Assembly: GCA_963737065.1 (NCBI GenBank)
Contig: CAVTRC010000001.1
Coordinates: 1,792,001 to 1,856,000 of the forward strand
Length of the DNA stretch: 64,000 nt
Source: Candidatus Eremiobacteria bacterium
GTDB lineage: Bacteria; Vulcanimicrobiota; Vulcanimicrobiia; Vulcanimicrobiales; Vulcanimicrobiaceae
Direction: 5' to 3'
Position 1 is the first letter of the stretch; each line of letters opens with the position of its first letter. The translations under genes and the position numbers were made by a program. The notes under the pieces are model-generated. The model saw nothing but the letters and a program-made list of their open reading frames with translations. It did no database searches and was not told the DNA's origin. Shown here one piece after another: positions 39,832 through 49,942 of the stretch.

Positions 39832-40290
39832 TTAAAATTTTCTGAAGACCGGATCCACGCCGCTTTCGGGCAGCACCAAAGGACAGACCATCAGACGTAG
39901 GACATCCAAGAGACCAACGTCCAAAAGTTGCCGCACTATCGAAAGGCTACCGAGGACGCGCAGTTCTGAACCATCATGCTGTTTGAGTTTGCGAACAAAT
40001 GCAACATATCGTCGTTTACTAATTGCAGCCCTGGGCAGTCGCATCGGTTGAGCGATCGCGAGAACAGATAGCCCGGCCCGCTGCGTGGCTTTCTTGCAGT
40101 TTTTGTCGTGTTCGCCGGCGCGAAGCGAGTTTAGCAAATCATACGTTTTTCGCCCAATCAACTTGCGATGCGGCTTCTCGTTATTCGATTTCAGCAATGT
40201 GCAGAACTCGGGACCCGGGTGACCGTAGTAACCCGGGGATTTCATGCGGGCATACATATCAATCGTGACAAAGAGTTGCGAAATGACCTT
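39832..40290 (-). pseudogene. Degenerate RibD-C/dihydrofolate reductase family gene
   Basis: PGYYGHPGPEF, LIGRKTYD, VRKLKQHDGSELRVLGSLSIVRQLLDVGLLDVLRLMVCP; N-terminus and middle corrupted. Confidence 0.7.
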
Positions 40291-40400
40291 GGGCAACGAA
40301 TATGTTCCTTTCGGAACTGGCAACGTGAGCGCGTCTATTAGCCTCCGTGCGAAAAAGAAAGCGAGCGTGACCCATTTGGTCGTGCAATCACGCTCTGATC

Positions 40401-40994
40401 CTAGTTTGAAGGCTTCATGAGTGTTTCTGTAACGATGAAGTTTGTTTCCCATGTTTTCCCGCCGTCTGCGGAAAACGACTGATCGAAGTGGCAAGAGGTC
40501 TTCGTAACCTCGGAGATTTGGAAGCGCACCATAATCATTCTGCCCCGGTACGGTTCCTGGTCGTAAAATTGAGCGCCGTTGCCTGTAAACTCACCAACTA
40601 CAGGCGAGCTCAAAGTTCCACCGCTCGGATTGCTAAAGTACACACTCCATTGATGCGCGTCCGGGTTATACATACGGATCGAATAGATCTCGAGATGACC
40701 AGCGGGGCCATCGGCTTCAATCTTTGCCGAATTCGCGCCATCCCATATTTTGGACACAACGTCGGTGCCGCTGTATTGAACCCATGTCGTGGAGCCCGTC
40801 AATGGGTGAAGAAGGCGGCGCTGGTGCGTTTTCCACGTTCCGTAGTCCCAGTCAAAATCGTGTGCTTCATCTCGCCCACTGCCGACGATCGACGGAGTCG
40901 GAGCCGGCTGCGCGTTCGATCCAACGGGTGCATTTATCGTCAGTACAATGCATAGTGAGACGTAGCAGAATATTCTATTTCGCTGGAACTGCAT
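40401..40994 (-). CDS. Exported hypothetical protein (DUF1579-like)
   Basis: Signal peptide; HDFDWDYGTWKTHQRRL...SFSADGGKTWETNF. Confidence 0.75.
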   Translation of the reverse strand: MQFQRNRIFCYVSLCIVLTINAPVGSNAQPAPTPSIVGSGRDEAHDFDWDYGTWKTHQRRLLHPLTGSTTWVQYSGTDVVSKIWDGANSAKIEADGPAGHLEIYSIRMYNPDAHQWSVYFSNPSGGTLSSPVVGEFTGNGAQFYDQEPYRGRMIMVRFQISEVTKTSCHFDQSFSADGGKTWETNFIVTETLMKPSN

Positions 40995-41117
40995 GGATCT
41001 TCATCATAGCGAGTTTGCCGAAATGATGTCAGGTCCAGACCTCGACAATTCGAGGGTACCACCAGCACATCTTCGTCTGCCGGTCGACACTAGGATCGTG
41101 CTGCTTGCTCAGCCTCT

Positions 41118-41438
41118 TTAGAAAGCTCCCACAAAGCTCAAACCTGGATATTCCGTTACGATAACTTCGTATCGCTCGATCATCGGCATCAGTGCTTCTG
41201 CAAGCTCCGTCTTCCAAATCGGCCCTTCGTAAAACTCGTGCTTCATTGGATCACGTTGCTCGTTCGATGGAAAGAGTCGTAAAAACACGAACCGGTCGTC
41301 GGACTCGACATCGATAAATGGGCCGACAATGGGCATACCTATTTTCCGATGCAACGGAATCGACCGCGACTCAAAGATCTCCAAGAATCGTGACCGAGTA
41401 CGAGGCTTGAGATAATAGACGCGTACTTCAACAATCAT
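41118..41438 (-). CDS. NIPSNAP family protein
   Basis: MIVEVRVYYLKP...GMPIVGPF...FVFLRLFPS...FYEGPIWK. Confidence 0.85.
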   Translation of the reverse strand: MIVEVRVYYLKPRTRSRFLEIFESRSIPLHRKIGMPIVGPFIDVESDDRFVFLRLFPSNEQRDPMKHEFYEGPIWKTELAEALMPMIERYEVIVTEYPGLSFVGAF

Positions 41439-41868
41439 TGTTACAAAACAATCGTAGCCCCGACAGAGAGGCAGCTGCAGTTCGATTCTATGATGCGAAC
41501 CAACACCACGCGCCTTTTATTACTGCCTTATCCGTATCTGCTCGGCAAGTGCCAATTCGTCGAATGAGTTTAGTTCCAGCCATCAGAGTACTGGATGTCA
41601 TAAGTTCAGGTCGCGCCGAGTGGTTAACGACGAGGACCCGTGCAAGATACAAGCGGCCACCCCCGGCGGGACCAGATTGGAGCCCACCGTGTCGATCTCT
41701 TGAGGCGAACGTTTTATTGAAAAAGCAACCGCAGAATAAGCCCGTCCCTAATGTCAGTATCGGGAGCCCGCTCGCGGTTTCTCAGCGGATAGGCGTGCCG
41801 TTCGGTGGTAGCATCTAGCCGTGTTTCGTGCAACGCGTATAAGAAAGTTGCATTCGACGTTCACTAAT

Positions 41869-43287
41869 TTAGATGCTTAGCATGCTCGCGAGGCGAGTGA
41901 CGGCGCTTTTCGCCGCCGGGAACGGTGTGGCCGCATATCCGAACACGAGCCCGCTGTTACTCGCGGCTCCATAAAAATATTTGGAGAGCGCGGGCACGAT
42001 AATCCCTTCGCGTTCCGCTTGGGCCGAGATGCTGGCGTCATCGACATCCCTCGGAAGCCGTGCAATAAAATGAAGCCCCGTTTTTGAATCGACTACCGAC
42101 CAGTGTAGCCGTCGGCTTAGTTCGTCAGTGAGCAGCCTTCGGCGTTCGTCGTATACCTTTCGCATGTTGGCGACATGCCGGCCGAGGAAGCCGCGCTCGA
42201 TGAAAACCGCAAGTGCCTGTTGCAAAACACTTGGTGGCGACGCTGAATTGACCGTAAGAGCCGCTTCGAAAACCTTTACGAGCGGCTTGGGTAGGACAAT
42301 GTATGCCGTACGAAGACCGGGAGCCAGCACCTTGCTAAAGGTTCCGACGTAGAGTGTACGACGCCCATCGTCGAGACTATGTAAAGCGGGTTGAAAACGC
42401 CCGGTGTAGTTGAACTCGCTGTCGTAGTCGTCTTCAATAATCCATGCCCTGTGCTGCGCCGCCCAATTGAGGAGCGCAAGTCTCCGGTCAAGAGGAAGTA
42501 CCGCGCCTGTAGGATATTGATGCGAGGGAGTTACGTAAACGAGTTGCGCCGCGTTGCGGCTCAAGAGTTCTACACGTAATCCAAACTCATCCACTGGTAC
42601 AGGAACGACCTGAACATGCTGAGCAGCGAAAATTCCGCGAATGTTAGGGTATCCCGGATCTTCTACAATTACATGGTCCCCTGACGCTACGAGGACTCGT
42701 GCGATCAAATCAAATGCTGCTTGTGCTCCCGTTACAATTGCGATTTGTTCATGGGAACACGCGATTCCGCGAGTTTGTTGAAGTCGCGTCGAAATCTGCT
42801 CACGCAAAGAAATGTTCCCGAACGCGTCCGGATAGTCAAGCACCGAATTTGTCAACGCGCTCGATAGACTTCGCTTAAAAAGAGCTGACGGGAAAAGATC
42901 TAGCGCTGGAATTCCCGGCCGAAATGGTAGCGCAGGCCCTTCGTTTGCGGCGAAAGAGGCACCGTTGAACAGCGCTTGCGTCGCTATTGGCGCAAACTCT
43001 TCTTCTTCTTGATCCAGCAACGTGTTTGCTGGTGCATCAATTACCTCAGCAACGAAGGTTCCTGAACCATGAATCGTGACGAGGTACCCTTCGCCTTGTA
43101 ACTGAGCGAGTGCAGCGACCACAGTGTTTCTCGAGACGCCAAAATGTCGCTGAAGCTCCCGACTCGCCAGAAGTCGTTCTCCAGCTTTCAGTCTGCCCGA
43201 CAGAATCGCATCGCGCAGCGCAATTTCAATCTGCCGATGCAATGGAATCCTCGAAGATCGATCAAGGACAATTCCCCGCGTTTGCAT
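41869..43287 (-). CDS. MocR/GabR family PLP-dependent transcriptional regulator
   Basis: GntR HTH (ILSGRLKAGERL...GVSRNTV...GSGTFV) plus AAT domain (EDPGY, TPSHQYPTG, EDDYDSEF, GTFSK). Confidence 0.96.
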   Translation of the reverse strand: MQTRGIVLDRSSRIPLHRQIEIALRDAILSGRLKAGERLLASRELQRHFGVSRNTVVAALAQLQGEGYLVTIHGSGTFVAEVIDAPANTLLDQEEEEFAPIATQALFNGASFAANEGPALPFRPGIPALDLFPSALFKRSLSSALTNSVLDYPDAFGNISLREQISTRLQQTRGIACSHEQIAIVTGAQAAFDLIARVLVASGDHVIVEDPGYPNIRGIFAAQHVQVVPVPVDEFGLRVELLSRNAAQLVYVTPSHQYPTGAVLPLDRRLALLNWAAQHRAWIIEDDYDSEFNYTGRFQPALHSLDDGRRTLYVGTFSKVLAPGLRTAYIVLPKPLVKVFEAALTVNSASPPSVLQQALAVFIERGFLGRHVANMRKVYDERRRLLTDELSRRLHWSVVDSKTGLHFIARLPRDVDDASISAQAEREGIIVPALSKYFYGAASNSGLVFGYAATPFPAAKSAVTRLASMLSI

Positions 43288-43452
43288 GTGGACCCATGAT
43301 TTTTTTTATTCTGACTCTTTCCTGGTGTAAGTCTCACGAGCACTATACAGTAGATGCAAGTCGCGACTTGTTTTATTTAGCTTGCCTTGAACTGTTTTTT
43401 CGCTCCGTCACCTCGATGTTCGTAATTCGCGTTTTATATACAGCGGGACAAC

Positions 43453-43750
43453 CATCGTGCCGGGCTGCGCCATCACCCTAACGCCGTCGCAGCCCCAGAC
43501 AGCGACCGTTTGACCAGGCTTGATCTCGCACAAGTCGGCACCCATGAAACCGGTCGGCGCCGCATCCGAGATAAACAGCCCTGCTCGTCGGAAACGCTTT
43601 CCGGATCACGAAGCAGTCGACATCGGCAAACGGGATCCGGACACATTGAGCATGTGCGCCTGCGTCCGCCAAACGCGCGGGTGTAGCCATACATCCTGCG
43701 GTCGGATAGCGGAGAGCCGTTCCTGCAGCGCGGCGTTCCGGTTGGTGTTA
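43453..43750 (-). pseudogene. Internal fragment of a zinc-dependent alcohol/formaldehyde dehydrogenase
   Basis: Across frames: NTN...YPTAGMYGYTRAFGG / AGAHAQCVRIPFADVDCF / PESVSDEQ / [29 protein letters not shown]. Confidence 0.78.
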
Positions 43751-43753
43751 TAA

Positions 43754-44107
43754 AACGTTCACGTCGCCAATGGGTGGATCACCGTCGTGAACGTCACCGC
43801 ACCCGTCGTCGCAACGACGGCCAACGGTGCCATTCGAATCGGCGGCGTCGGTCCGGTGTTGGACGCGCGCACGCGGAACGGTCGAATCGACGCGACGATC
43901 GCAGCCCTTAGCGGCGGACCACCGCACGTAACGCTGAGCACCAGTAACGGAAGCATTGTGTTGCGCGTACCGCGCGGCTTTGCGACACGTCTCGATGCAA
44001 GCACCTCGAATGGCCACGTCCACAATCCGCTCAGCGGCGCCGGAGGGCCTGGCTCGGCAAGCGCGCGCACATCGAACGGCAGTATCGACATTACGGTCCG
44101 CCCCTAA
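43754..44107 (+). pseudogene. DUF4097 beta-strand-repeat protein, 3' part
   Basis: Repeated TxNGxI units (VANGWI, TANGAI, TRNGRI, TSNGSI, TSNGHV, TSNGSI); begins abruptly after TAA at 43751. Confidence 0.75.
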
Positions 44108-44164
44108 AGCGTCCTAAATCGGCGAAAAGGGGCGTTTCGCCGGAGACCAAATCCAACGGATACT

Positions 44165-45145
44165 TTGGCGACTCTTGGAATCGACTCGCTGCTGCGCGAG
44201 TTCAGTGATGCACGGCCGCGTGGGCTTGCGCGGGCGATCTCGTGGGCGGAAAGCGGGCGCGGCGCGGAACTCATTAGGCGTGTCTATCCGCGCACGGGAC
44301 ACGCGATGACGATCGGACTGACCGGGCCGCCCGGTGTAGGAAAATCAACGCTCTCATCGGCAATCGTGCGCAAGGCGCGCTCGCTCGGCAAAACGGTCGG
44401 TGTGATTTCCGTCGACCCGAGTTCACCGTTTTCGCACGGTGCATTGCTCGGCGATCGCATTCGTCTCACCGAGCACTTCGTCGATCCGAACGTGTTCATT
44501 CGCTCGATGGCAAGTCGCGGACACTTGGGTGGACTCGCCGGCGCCACCGCGGATGCCGTGCTGCTGATGGATGCTTTTGGACTCGACGTCGTGCTGATCG
44601 AAACGGTCGGCGTGGGACAAAGTGAAATCGAGATCGCAGAGCTTGCGCAGACGACGCTCGTTGCATTGCAGCCGGGGAGCGGCGATTCAATTCAAGTGCT
44701 CAAAGCCGGCATCATGGAAATCGCCGACATCTTCATCGTCAACAAATCCGATCACCCGATGGCAAATCAAATGCGCCGCGAGATCCGCGGGATGATGGAA
44801 ATGCTCCAATTTGCCGGGTGGGTACCCGAACTCATCATGACCCAGGCGTTATCCGGCGACGGCATCGATGATTTGTGGAGAGCGATTGAGGCGCACCTCG
44901 TGTATTTGAACGAGACGGGCGAGATCGAGGAAAAACGCCGTGAAGCCTTCACGCACCAAGTGCGTCAGCTCGCCATGGGACGTTTGCAGAAGCGATTGCA
45001 GCACGAACTCCGTGAGGTGCGTACGGATGTCGATCCGTATGCTGCCGCGGACGCCGTGTTGAGGCGATTTAACGCAACCGGTGAAGACGCGGACGTCGAA
45101 GAACCGCCGGTTCGGCCGCGCGCGGTCGTCAAGGGTTTGACGTAA
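44165..45145 (+). CDS. meaB: Acyl-CoA mutase-associated GTPase MeaB
   Basis: GLTGPPGVGKST, VDPSSPFSHGALLGDRIR, ETVGVGQSE, KAGIMEIAD, NKSD. Confidence 0.96.
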   Translation: MATLGIDSLLREFSDARPRGLARAISWAESGRGAELIRRVYPRTGHAMTIGLTGPPGVGKSTLSSAIVRKARSLGKTVGVISVDPSSPFSHGALLGDRIRLTEHFVDPNVFIRSMASRGHLGGLAGATADAVLLMDAFGLDVVLIETVGVGQSEIEIAELAQTTLVALQPGSGDSIQVLKAGIMEIADIFIVNKSDHPMANQMRREIRGMMEMLQFAGWVPELIMTQALSGDGIDDLWRAIEAHLVYLNETGEIEEKRREAFTHQVRQLAMGRLQKRLQHELREVRTDVDPYAAADAVLRRFNATGEDADVEEPPVRPRAVVKGLT

Positions 45146-45152
45146 CGACCTC

Positions 45153-46106
45153 GTGGAAACTCGAGCCCGACCGACGCTGCGCCGGCCGTCACTTTTAGCA
45201 TCGATCGCTCGTCTCCCTCGAGTGATCGCATTGCTGCTCTCGGTCGTCGTACTGACCGCGCAAACGCCGGCGCCGGCGTCTTCACCAACCGCGAACGAGC
45301 TCGTGTTCCGCGCGCTCTCGCGTCTTCGTTCGTATGGGACGCCGCCGTATGTCGTGTACATGACGGTCGAAAACGGTGAGTACCACCGCATTGCGTTTCG
45401 GGGCGCCGACGAGATGATGAACGACGTGACGCTTCCCGTCGGATCACGACTACCCGACGCGCGCATTTACCGGGCGTTCGTCGGCCCGATTTCGCGCTCG
45501 GTGCACGAGGCGATCGCAACGCCGTCACCATCATCGAGCGCGTCTCCGCCGGCGAGCGCGTCTCCATCGGCGAGCGCGTCGCCGGCATCATCGAGCGCGT
45601 CGCCGTCATCATCGTCGCCGCACCAATCGCCTCTCGATTTGGAGGCGTCGCTAAAGACGATTGCCGTCGTCTCCTCCCACGGGCATCTCTACGACGTCAC
45701 GATGAAGGGAACCCAAACGATCGAGGGCCATCGCGTCTATCACATCACCTTGCATCCGCGACGCGACGCAGAAGACAACGCATTGCGCGATCTCTGGATC
45801 GACACGGAGACGTACGACGTGTGGCGCGCCGCGTACGTCACCGCGCCCGACGTGCAAATCGTCGGCGGCGAAGCCGATCTTACCGTCGACTTCACGACCG
45901 TGGGAAACTACCGGATCGCGTCGAGCTGGATCGCGGTCTATCACGCGCCCGGCATGCGGGGCGGCGTCTACCGTCAACTGCGCGTCGTGAAAATGGCCTT
46001 TCCCGAGACGCTTCCCGACTGGCTCTTCGACGAACCGCAGTATGCGAAGCGCATCCACGAACACGCAGCCGACTATTTAGGAGACATTTTTAGCAAGCCA
46101 CCCTAA
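45153..46106 (+). CDS. Exported hypothetical protein with Ser/Pro linker (LolA-like fold possible)
   Basis: Hydrophobic leader; low-complexity linker; YHITLHP...LRDLWIDTETYD. Confidence 0.65.
   Translation: METRARPTLRRPSLLASIARLPRVIALLLSVVVLTAQTPAPASSPTANELVFRALSRLRSYGTPPYVVYMTVENGEYHRIAFRGADEMMNDVTLPVGSRLPDARIYRAFVGPISRSVHEAIATPSPSSSASPPASASPSASASPASSSASPSSSSPHQSPLDLEASLKTIAVVSSHGHLYDVTMKGTQTIEGHRVYHITLHPRRDAEDNALRDLWIDTETYDVWRAAYVTAPDVQIVGGEADLTVDFTTVGNYRIASSWIAVYHAPGMRGGVYRQLRVVKMAFPETLPDWLFDEPQYAKRIHEHAADYLGDIFSKPP
45530..45620 (+). repeat. Imperfect coding tandem repeat (GAGCGCGTC core) encoding the SASP linker
   Basis: Four GAGCGCGTC units at 18-21 bp spacing. Confidence 0.7.
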
Positions 46107-46214
46107 GCAAGCCGTGCGATCGCACGACGACCTCTTCACTTGCGGGGCGGCTTCGGGTTTGGGAGAATAGGGCGTCTGAAATCCCTATTAAGAGGAAGTT
46201 CCAGCTTGGCTAAA

Positions 46215-47873
46215 ATGATCGACCGCCCCAACGGTGAGCTTGCCGAACGATCCCGGGCGAAGACGGCTGCGGGGCATTTGCGGAGCGGAGCGGGTTCCGG
46301 GGCGATCGACCGCACGATCTCCGATGTACCGCTGAAGACGGTCTACGAGCCGCAAGACGTTACGCACGTCAATGCACCGCCGGGCGAGTATCCGTATACC
46401 CGCGGCATTCACAAAAACGGGTACCGCGACCGCCTGTGGACGATGCGTCAGTTCGCGGGCTTTGGCAACGCCAAGCAGACCAACGAGCGGTATCATTTTC
46501 TGCTCTCGCAAGGGCAGCACGGGCTCTCCGTTGCCTTCGACATGCCGACGTTGATGGGTTATGATTCCGATGCGCCGCAAGCGCGCGGCGAAGTCGGAAA
46601 GTGCGGCGTCGCGATCGACTCGCTGCGCGACATGGAGCAGCTCTTCGACGGGATCGACATGGGCGATATCACGACGTCGATGACGATCAACGGCCCGGCG
46701 GCAATCGCCGTTGCGCAATACATCGCCGCCGCCGAGAAGAAGGGCATTCCGCGTACGGCCCTCGGCGGCACGATTCAAGCGGATATTCTCAAAGAGTACA
46801 TCGCGCAGAAAGAATGGATCTTTCCGCCGCGTCCGCACATGCGTGCGATCGTTGACATGATCGAATTCTGCACGACGGAAATGCCGAAGTGGAATACGAT
46901 TTCGATCTCGGGCTATCACATTCGTGAAGCGGGATCGACAGCAGCCCAAGAGCTCGCGTTTACGCTCGCCGACGGCTTTGCATACGTTGAAGCGGCGATA
47001 GCGCGTGGTCTGGACGTTGATTCGTTTGCGCCGCGGCTCTCGTTTTTCTTCAATTCGCACGTCGACTTTTTCGAAGAGATTGCAAAGTTCCGCGCGGCGC
47101 GGCGCATCTATGCGAAGCGCATGCGTGAACGGTACGGCGCGAAGAATCCGAAGTCGTGGCAGCTGCGTTTCCACACGCAAACGGCCGGCTGCAGCGCGAC
47201 CGCGCAACAGCCCGAAAACAACATCGTGCGCGTGGCCTACGAGGCGATGGCGGCGGTGCTCGGCGGAACGCAGTCGCTGCACACCAATTCGATGGACGAA
47301 GTGCTCGCGCTGCCGACCGAAAAATCGGTCGAAATCGCACTGCGCACGCAACAAGTGCTCGCGTATGAAACGAACGTCACGAACGTTGTCGATCCGCTCG
47401 GTGGATCGTACTTCGTCGAAGCGCTGACCGACGAGATGGAGCGCCAAGCCGAAGCGTACTTCCAACAGATCGAAGAGTACGGCGGCGTGATCGAAGCGAT
47501 CGAAGCCGGGTTCTTCCAGAAAGAGATTGCCGAGGCGAGCTACCGTTATCAGCGGTCCATCGAAACGAAAGATCGTATCATCGTCGGCGTGAACTACTTC
47601 GAGCGTGAAGAAGACCGGCGTGATTTGGACCTGCTCAAGATCACGGAAGAGGTAGCGCAGGGACAAGCGCGCGCGCTGCAAGAGCTGCGGACGGCGCGCG
47701 ATAACGGCAAGGTGCAACAGGTGCTCGAGCGTTTGCAGCAAGCTTGCCGCGACGCAAACGACAATCTCATGCCGCATCTCATCGACTGCGTCAACGCTTA
47801 CTGCACCGAAGGCGAAATCGTTGAATCGATGGTGGCGGTCTACGGCCGGTATACGGAGCGTTCGGTGTTTTAG
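46215..47873 (+). CDS. icmA: B12-dependent acyl-CoA mutase large subunit, isobutyryl-CoA mutase signature
   Basis: [56 protein letters not shown]; no fused B12-binding domain; start approximate. Confidence 0.85.
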   Translation: MIDRPNGELAERSRAKTAAGHLRSGAGSGAIDRTISDVPLKTVYEPQDVTHVNAPPGEYPYTRGIHKNGYRDRLWTMRQFAGFGNAKQTNERYHFLLSQGQHGLSVAFDMPTLMGYDSDAPQARGEVGKCGVAIDSLRDMEQLFDGIDMGDITTSMTINGPAAIAVAQYIAAAEKKGIPRTALGGTIQADILKEYIAQKEWIFPPRPHMRAIVDMIEFCTTEMPKWNTISISGYHIREAGSTAAQELAFTLADGFAYVEAAIARGLDVDSFAPRLSFFFNSHVDFFEEIAKFRAARRIYAKRMRERYGAKNPKSWQLRFHTQTAGCSATAQQPENNIVRVAYEAMAAVLGGTQSLHTNSMDEVLALPTEKSVEIALRTQQVLAYETNVTNVVDPLGGSYFVEALTDEMERQAEAYFQQIEEYGGVIEAIEAGFFQKEIAEASYRYQRSIETKDRIIVGVNYFEREEDRRDLDLLKITEEVAQGQARALQELRTARDNGKVQQVLERLQQACRDANDNLMPHLIDCVNAYCTEGEIVESMVAVYGRYTERSVF

Positions 47874-47992
47874 TGTCATGCGAATAAGAAATGAATTCGA
47901 ACGGCATCGCGTGCGACGGACGCTCGCTGAGGTGAAACGCAAGCTCGAAGAAGCGTTGCGCTTGAGCGAGGAACTTCAACGTAAAGGAATCT

Positions 47993-48409
47993 ATGGCCAA
48001 CCGACCACTGCGCCTCGTCATCGCTAAGGCGGGGCTCGACGGTCACGACCGCGGCGCGAAAGTCATCGCTCGCGCGTTGCGTGATGCAGGTATGGAAGTG
48101 ATTTACACGGGACTGTTCCAGACGCCGGAACAAATCGTGCAAACGGCGATTCAAGAAGATGCCGACGGGATTGGGCTCTCGATTCTCTCGGGCGCGCACA
48201 TGACGCTCTTTCCGCTCGTGCTCCAGCAATTGAAAGCACAAGACGCGGAAGATGTAGTGTTTTTCGGCGGCGGGACGATTCCGCCCGAAGACGCAGACGA
48301 GCTCCGCAGACTCGGCGTGAAGGCGGTGTTTACGCCGGGCGCACCACTCCAAGACATCATCGATTTCGTCGAAGCGGAGTGCGGCAAGCGACGCGAGCTA
48401 GTCGGTTAG
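47993..48409 (+). CDS. icmB: Acyl-CoA mutase small (cobalamin-binding) subunit
   Basis: AKAGLDGHDRGAKV (DxHxxG), SILSGAH, FGGGTIP; AAGGA RBS. Confidence 0.88.
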   Translation: MANRPLRLVIAKAGLDGHDRGAKVIARALRDAGMEVIYTGLFQTPEQIVQTAIQEDADGIGLSILSGAHMTLFPLVLQQLKAQDAEDVVFFGGGTIPPEDADELRRLGVKAVFTPGAPLQDIIDFVEAECGKRRELVG

Positions 48410-48439
48410 TTCTTCGACGAGCTCAGGACTAAAGTGTAC

Positions 48440-49942
48440 ATGAAAGTACGCACGCGGGTCGCCCCGTCTCCCACGGGCGACCCTCATGTCGGCACGGCGT
48501 ATGTTGCGCTGGTCAATTACTGTTTCGCCAAACATAACGGCGGCGATTTTCTGCTGCGCATCGAGGACACCGATCGCGCGCGCAGTACGCCGGAGAGCGA
48601 ACGCGCGATCCTCGACTCGTTGCATTGGCTCGGCCTCTCGTGGGACGAGGGTCCGGACGTCGGCGGACCGCACGGACCGTATCGACAGAGTGAACGTTCG
48701 GCGATCTACAACAAATACGTTCAACAGTTGCTCGATCAAGGCGACGCATTCAAATGCTTCTGCACCGCCGACCGATTGGAAGACATGCGTGTCGCGCAGC
48801 AAGCCGCGGGATTGCCGCCGCGCTACGATGGCTTGTGCCTGACATATTCAGGCGAAGAGATCGAACGCCGGCAAGCAGCGGGTGAACCGTACGTTGTCCG
48901 GATGAAGGTGCCGGATCACGGCGTTTGCGTTGTCGAGGATGAGCGACGCGGCGACATCGAGTTCGATTGGAAGACCGTCGACATGCAAGTATTGATGAAG
49001 TCCGACGGGTTGCCCACCTACCATCTTGCGAACGTCGTCGACGATCATTTGATGGAAATCACACATGTGATGCGCGGCGAAGAATGGATTTCCAGCGCGC
49101 CCAAACACGTATTGCTCTATCGATACTTCGGCTGGGAGATGCCGAAGCTGATTCACTTACCGCTCCTGCGAAATCCGGACAAGTCGAAGCTGTCAAAGCG
49201 CAAGAATCCGACCGGAATTCTGTTTTATCAAGCGATGGGGTATTTACCCGAAGCGCTGCTGAACTTTTTGGGACTGCTCTCGAACTCGCTGCCGCAGGGC
49301 CAGGACGAGATGATGCTACTTCCCGAGATGGTCGCGCACTTTTCGCTCGAGCACATTCCGCTCGGCGGTCCGGTGTTCGACGTGGCGAAACTCAACTGGC
49401 TCAACGGCCGCTATATCCGCGAGCGGCTCGACGTCGATCAATTCATGGAGCACGTGTCGGCATGGGGATTCGCACCGGAGCGTTTGAAGCGGATCGCATC
49501 CATCTCACAGAGTCGCGTCGAGCGGTTGAGCGATCTCGGACTGCTGGCGGCCTTTTTCTTCGCCGGACGTTTGCCGCTAACGGCAGATCAATTTCGCACC
49601 AATAAAATGAGCGATCTCGAGGTGCGTCAGGCGCTTACGCTTGCGATGTGGGACCTCGACGCGCTTCGGGAATGGAACGTCCAAGGCATCGAGACGGTGC
49701 TCAAACGCGTCGGTGACGTGCTCGGGAAAAAGTTCCGGGACGTCGCGCGCCCGTTTTACGTTGCGATTACCGGCAGCCCCACATCGGTACCGCTATTCGA
49801 CGCGATCGAGCTGCTTGGGCGCGATATGGCGCGCGAACGACTGCGCGTCGCGCTCGACGTGCTGGGCGCGCCGAGTAAAAAGGAACAAGACGAGTGGAAG
49901 AAGCTGCTCAACGGGTCCGATTCGGAGGGAACGCTTTCATGA
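48440..49942 (+). CDS. gltX: Glutamate--tRNA ligase
   Basis: RVAPSPTGDPHVG, LRIEDTD, PTYHLANVVDDH, RGEEW, KLSKR. Confidence 0.98.
   Translation: MKVRTRVAPSPTGDPHVGTAYVALVNYCFAKHNGGDFLLRIEDTDRARSTPESERAILDSLHWLGLSWDEGPDVGGPHGPYRQSERSAIYNKYVQQLLDQGDAFKCFCTADRLEDMRVAQQAAGLPPRYDGLCLTYSGEEIERRQAAGEPYVVRMKVPDHGVCVVEDERRGDIEFDWKTVDMQVLMKSDGLPTYHLANVVDDHLMEITHVMRGEEWISSAPKHVLLYRYFGWEMPKLIHLPLLRNPDKSKLSKRKNPTGILFYQAMGYLPEALLNFLGLLSNSLPQGQDEMMLLPEMVAHFSLEHIPLGGPVFDVAKLNWLNGRYIRERLDVDQFMEHVSAWGFAPERLKRIASISQSRVERLSDLGLLAAFFFAGRLPLTADQFRTNKMSDLEVRQALTLAMWDLDALREWNVQGIETVLKRVGDVLGKKFRDVARPFYVAITGSPTSVPLFDAIELLGRDMARERLRVALDVLGAPSKKEQDEWKKLLNGSDSEGTLS

Larger units (their letters stand above)
31667..43753. 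mobile_element. About 12-kb acquired island (IS3 remnant, intron, decayed cargo)
   Basis: Visibly AT-richer than the flanks, several pseudogenes, truncated genes at both edges, AACG direct repeat at 31663-31666 and 43754-43757. Confidence 0.7.

Noticed and set aside
45530..45620. CRISPR-like or regulatory repeat
   Set aside because: In-frame low-complexity Ser/Pro linker with no unique spacers; no cas genes in the window
46166..46189. Cobalamin riboswitch upstream of the mutase (AATAGGG...CCCTATT)
   Set aside because: Only a 7-bp inverted repeat; no GGGAA-CCGGTG, GCCACTG or B12-box elements, and too little space
46188..47942. 584-aa antisense ORF, and similar long shadow ORFs opposite pheS, rocD, prs and uvrB
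   Set aside because: Antisense shadows expected from GC-rich codon bias; no recognisable motifs
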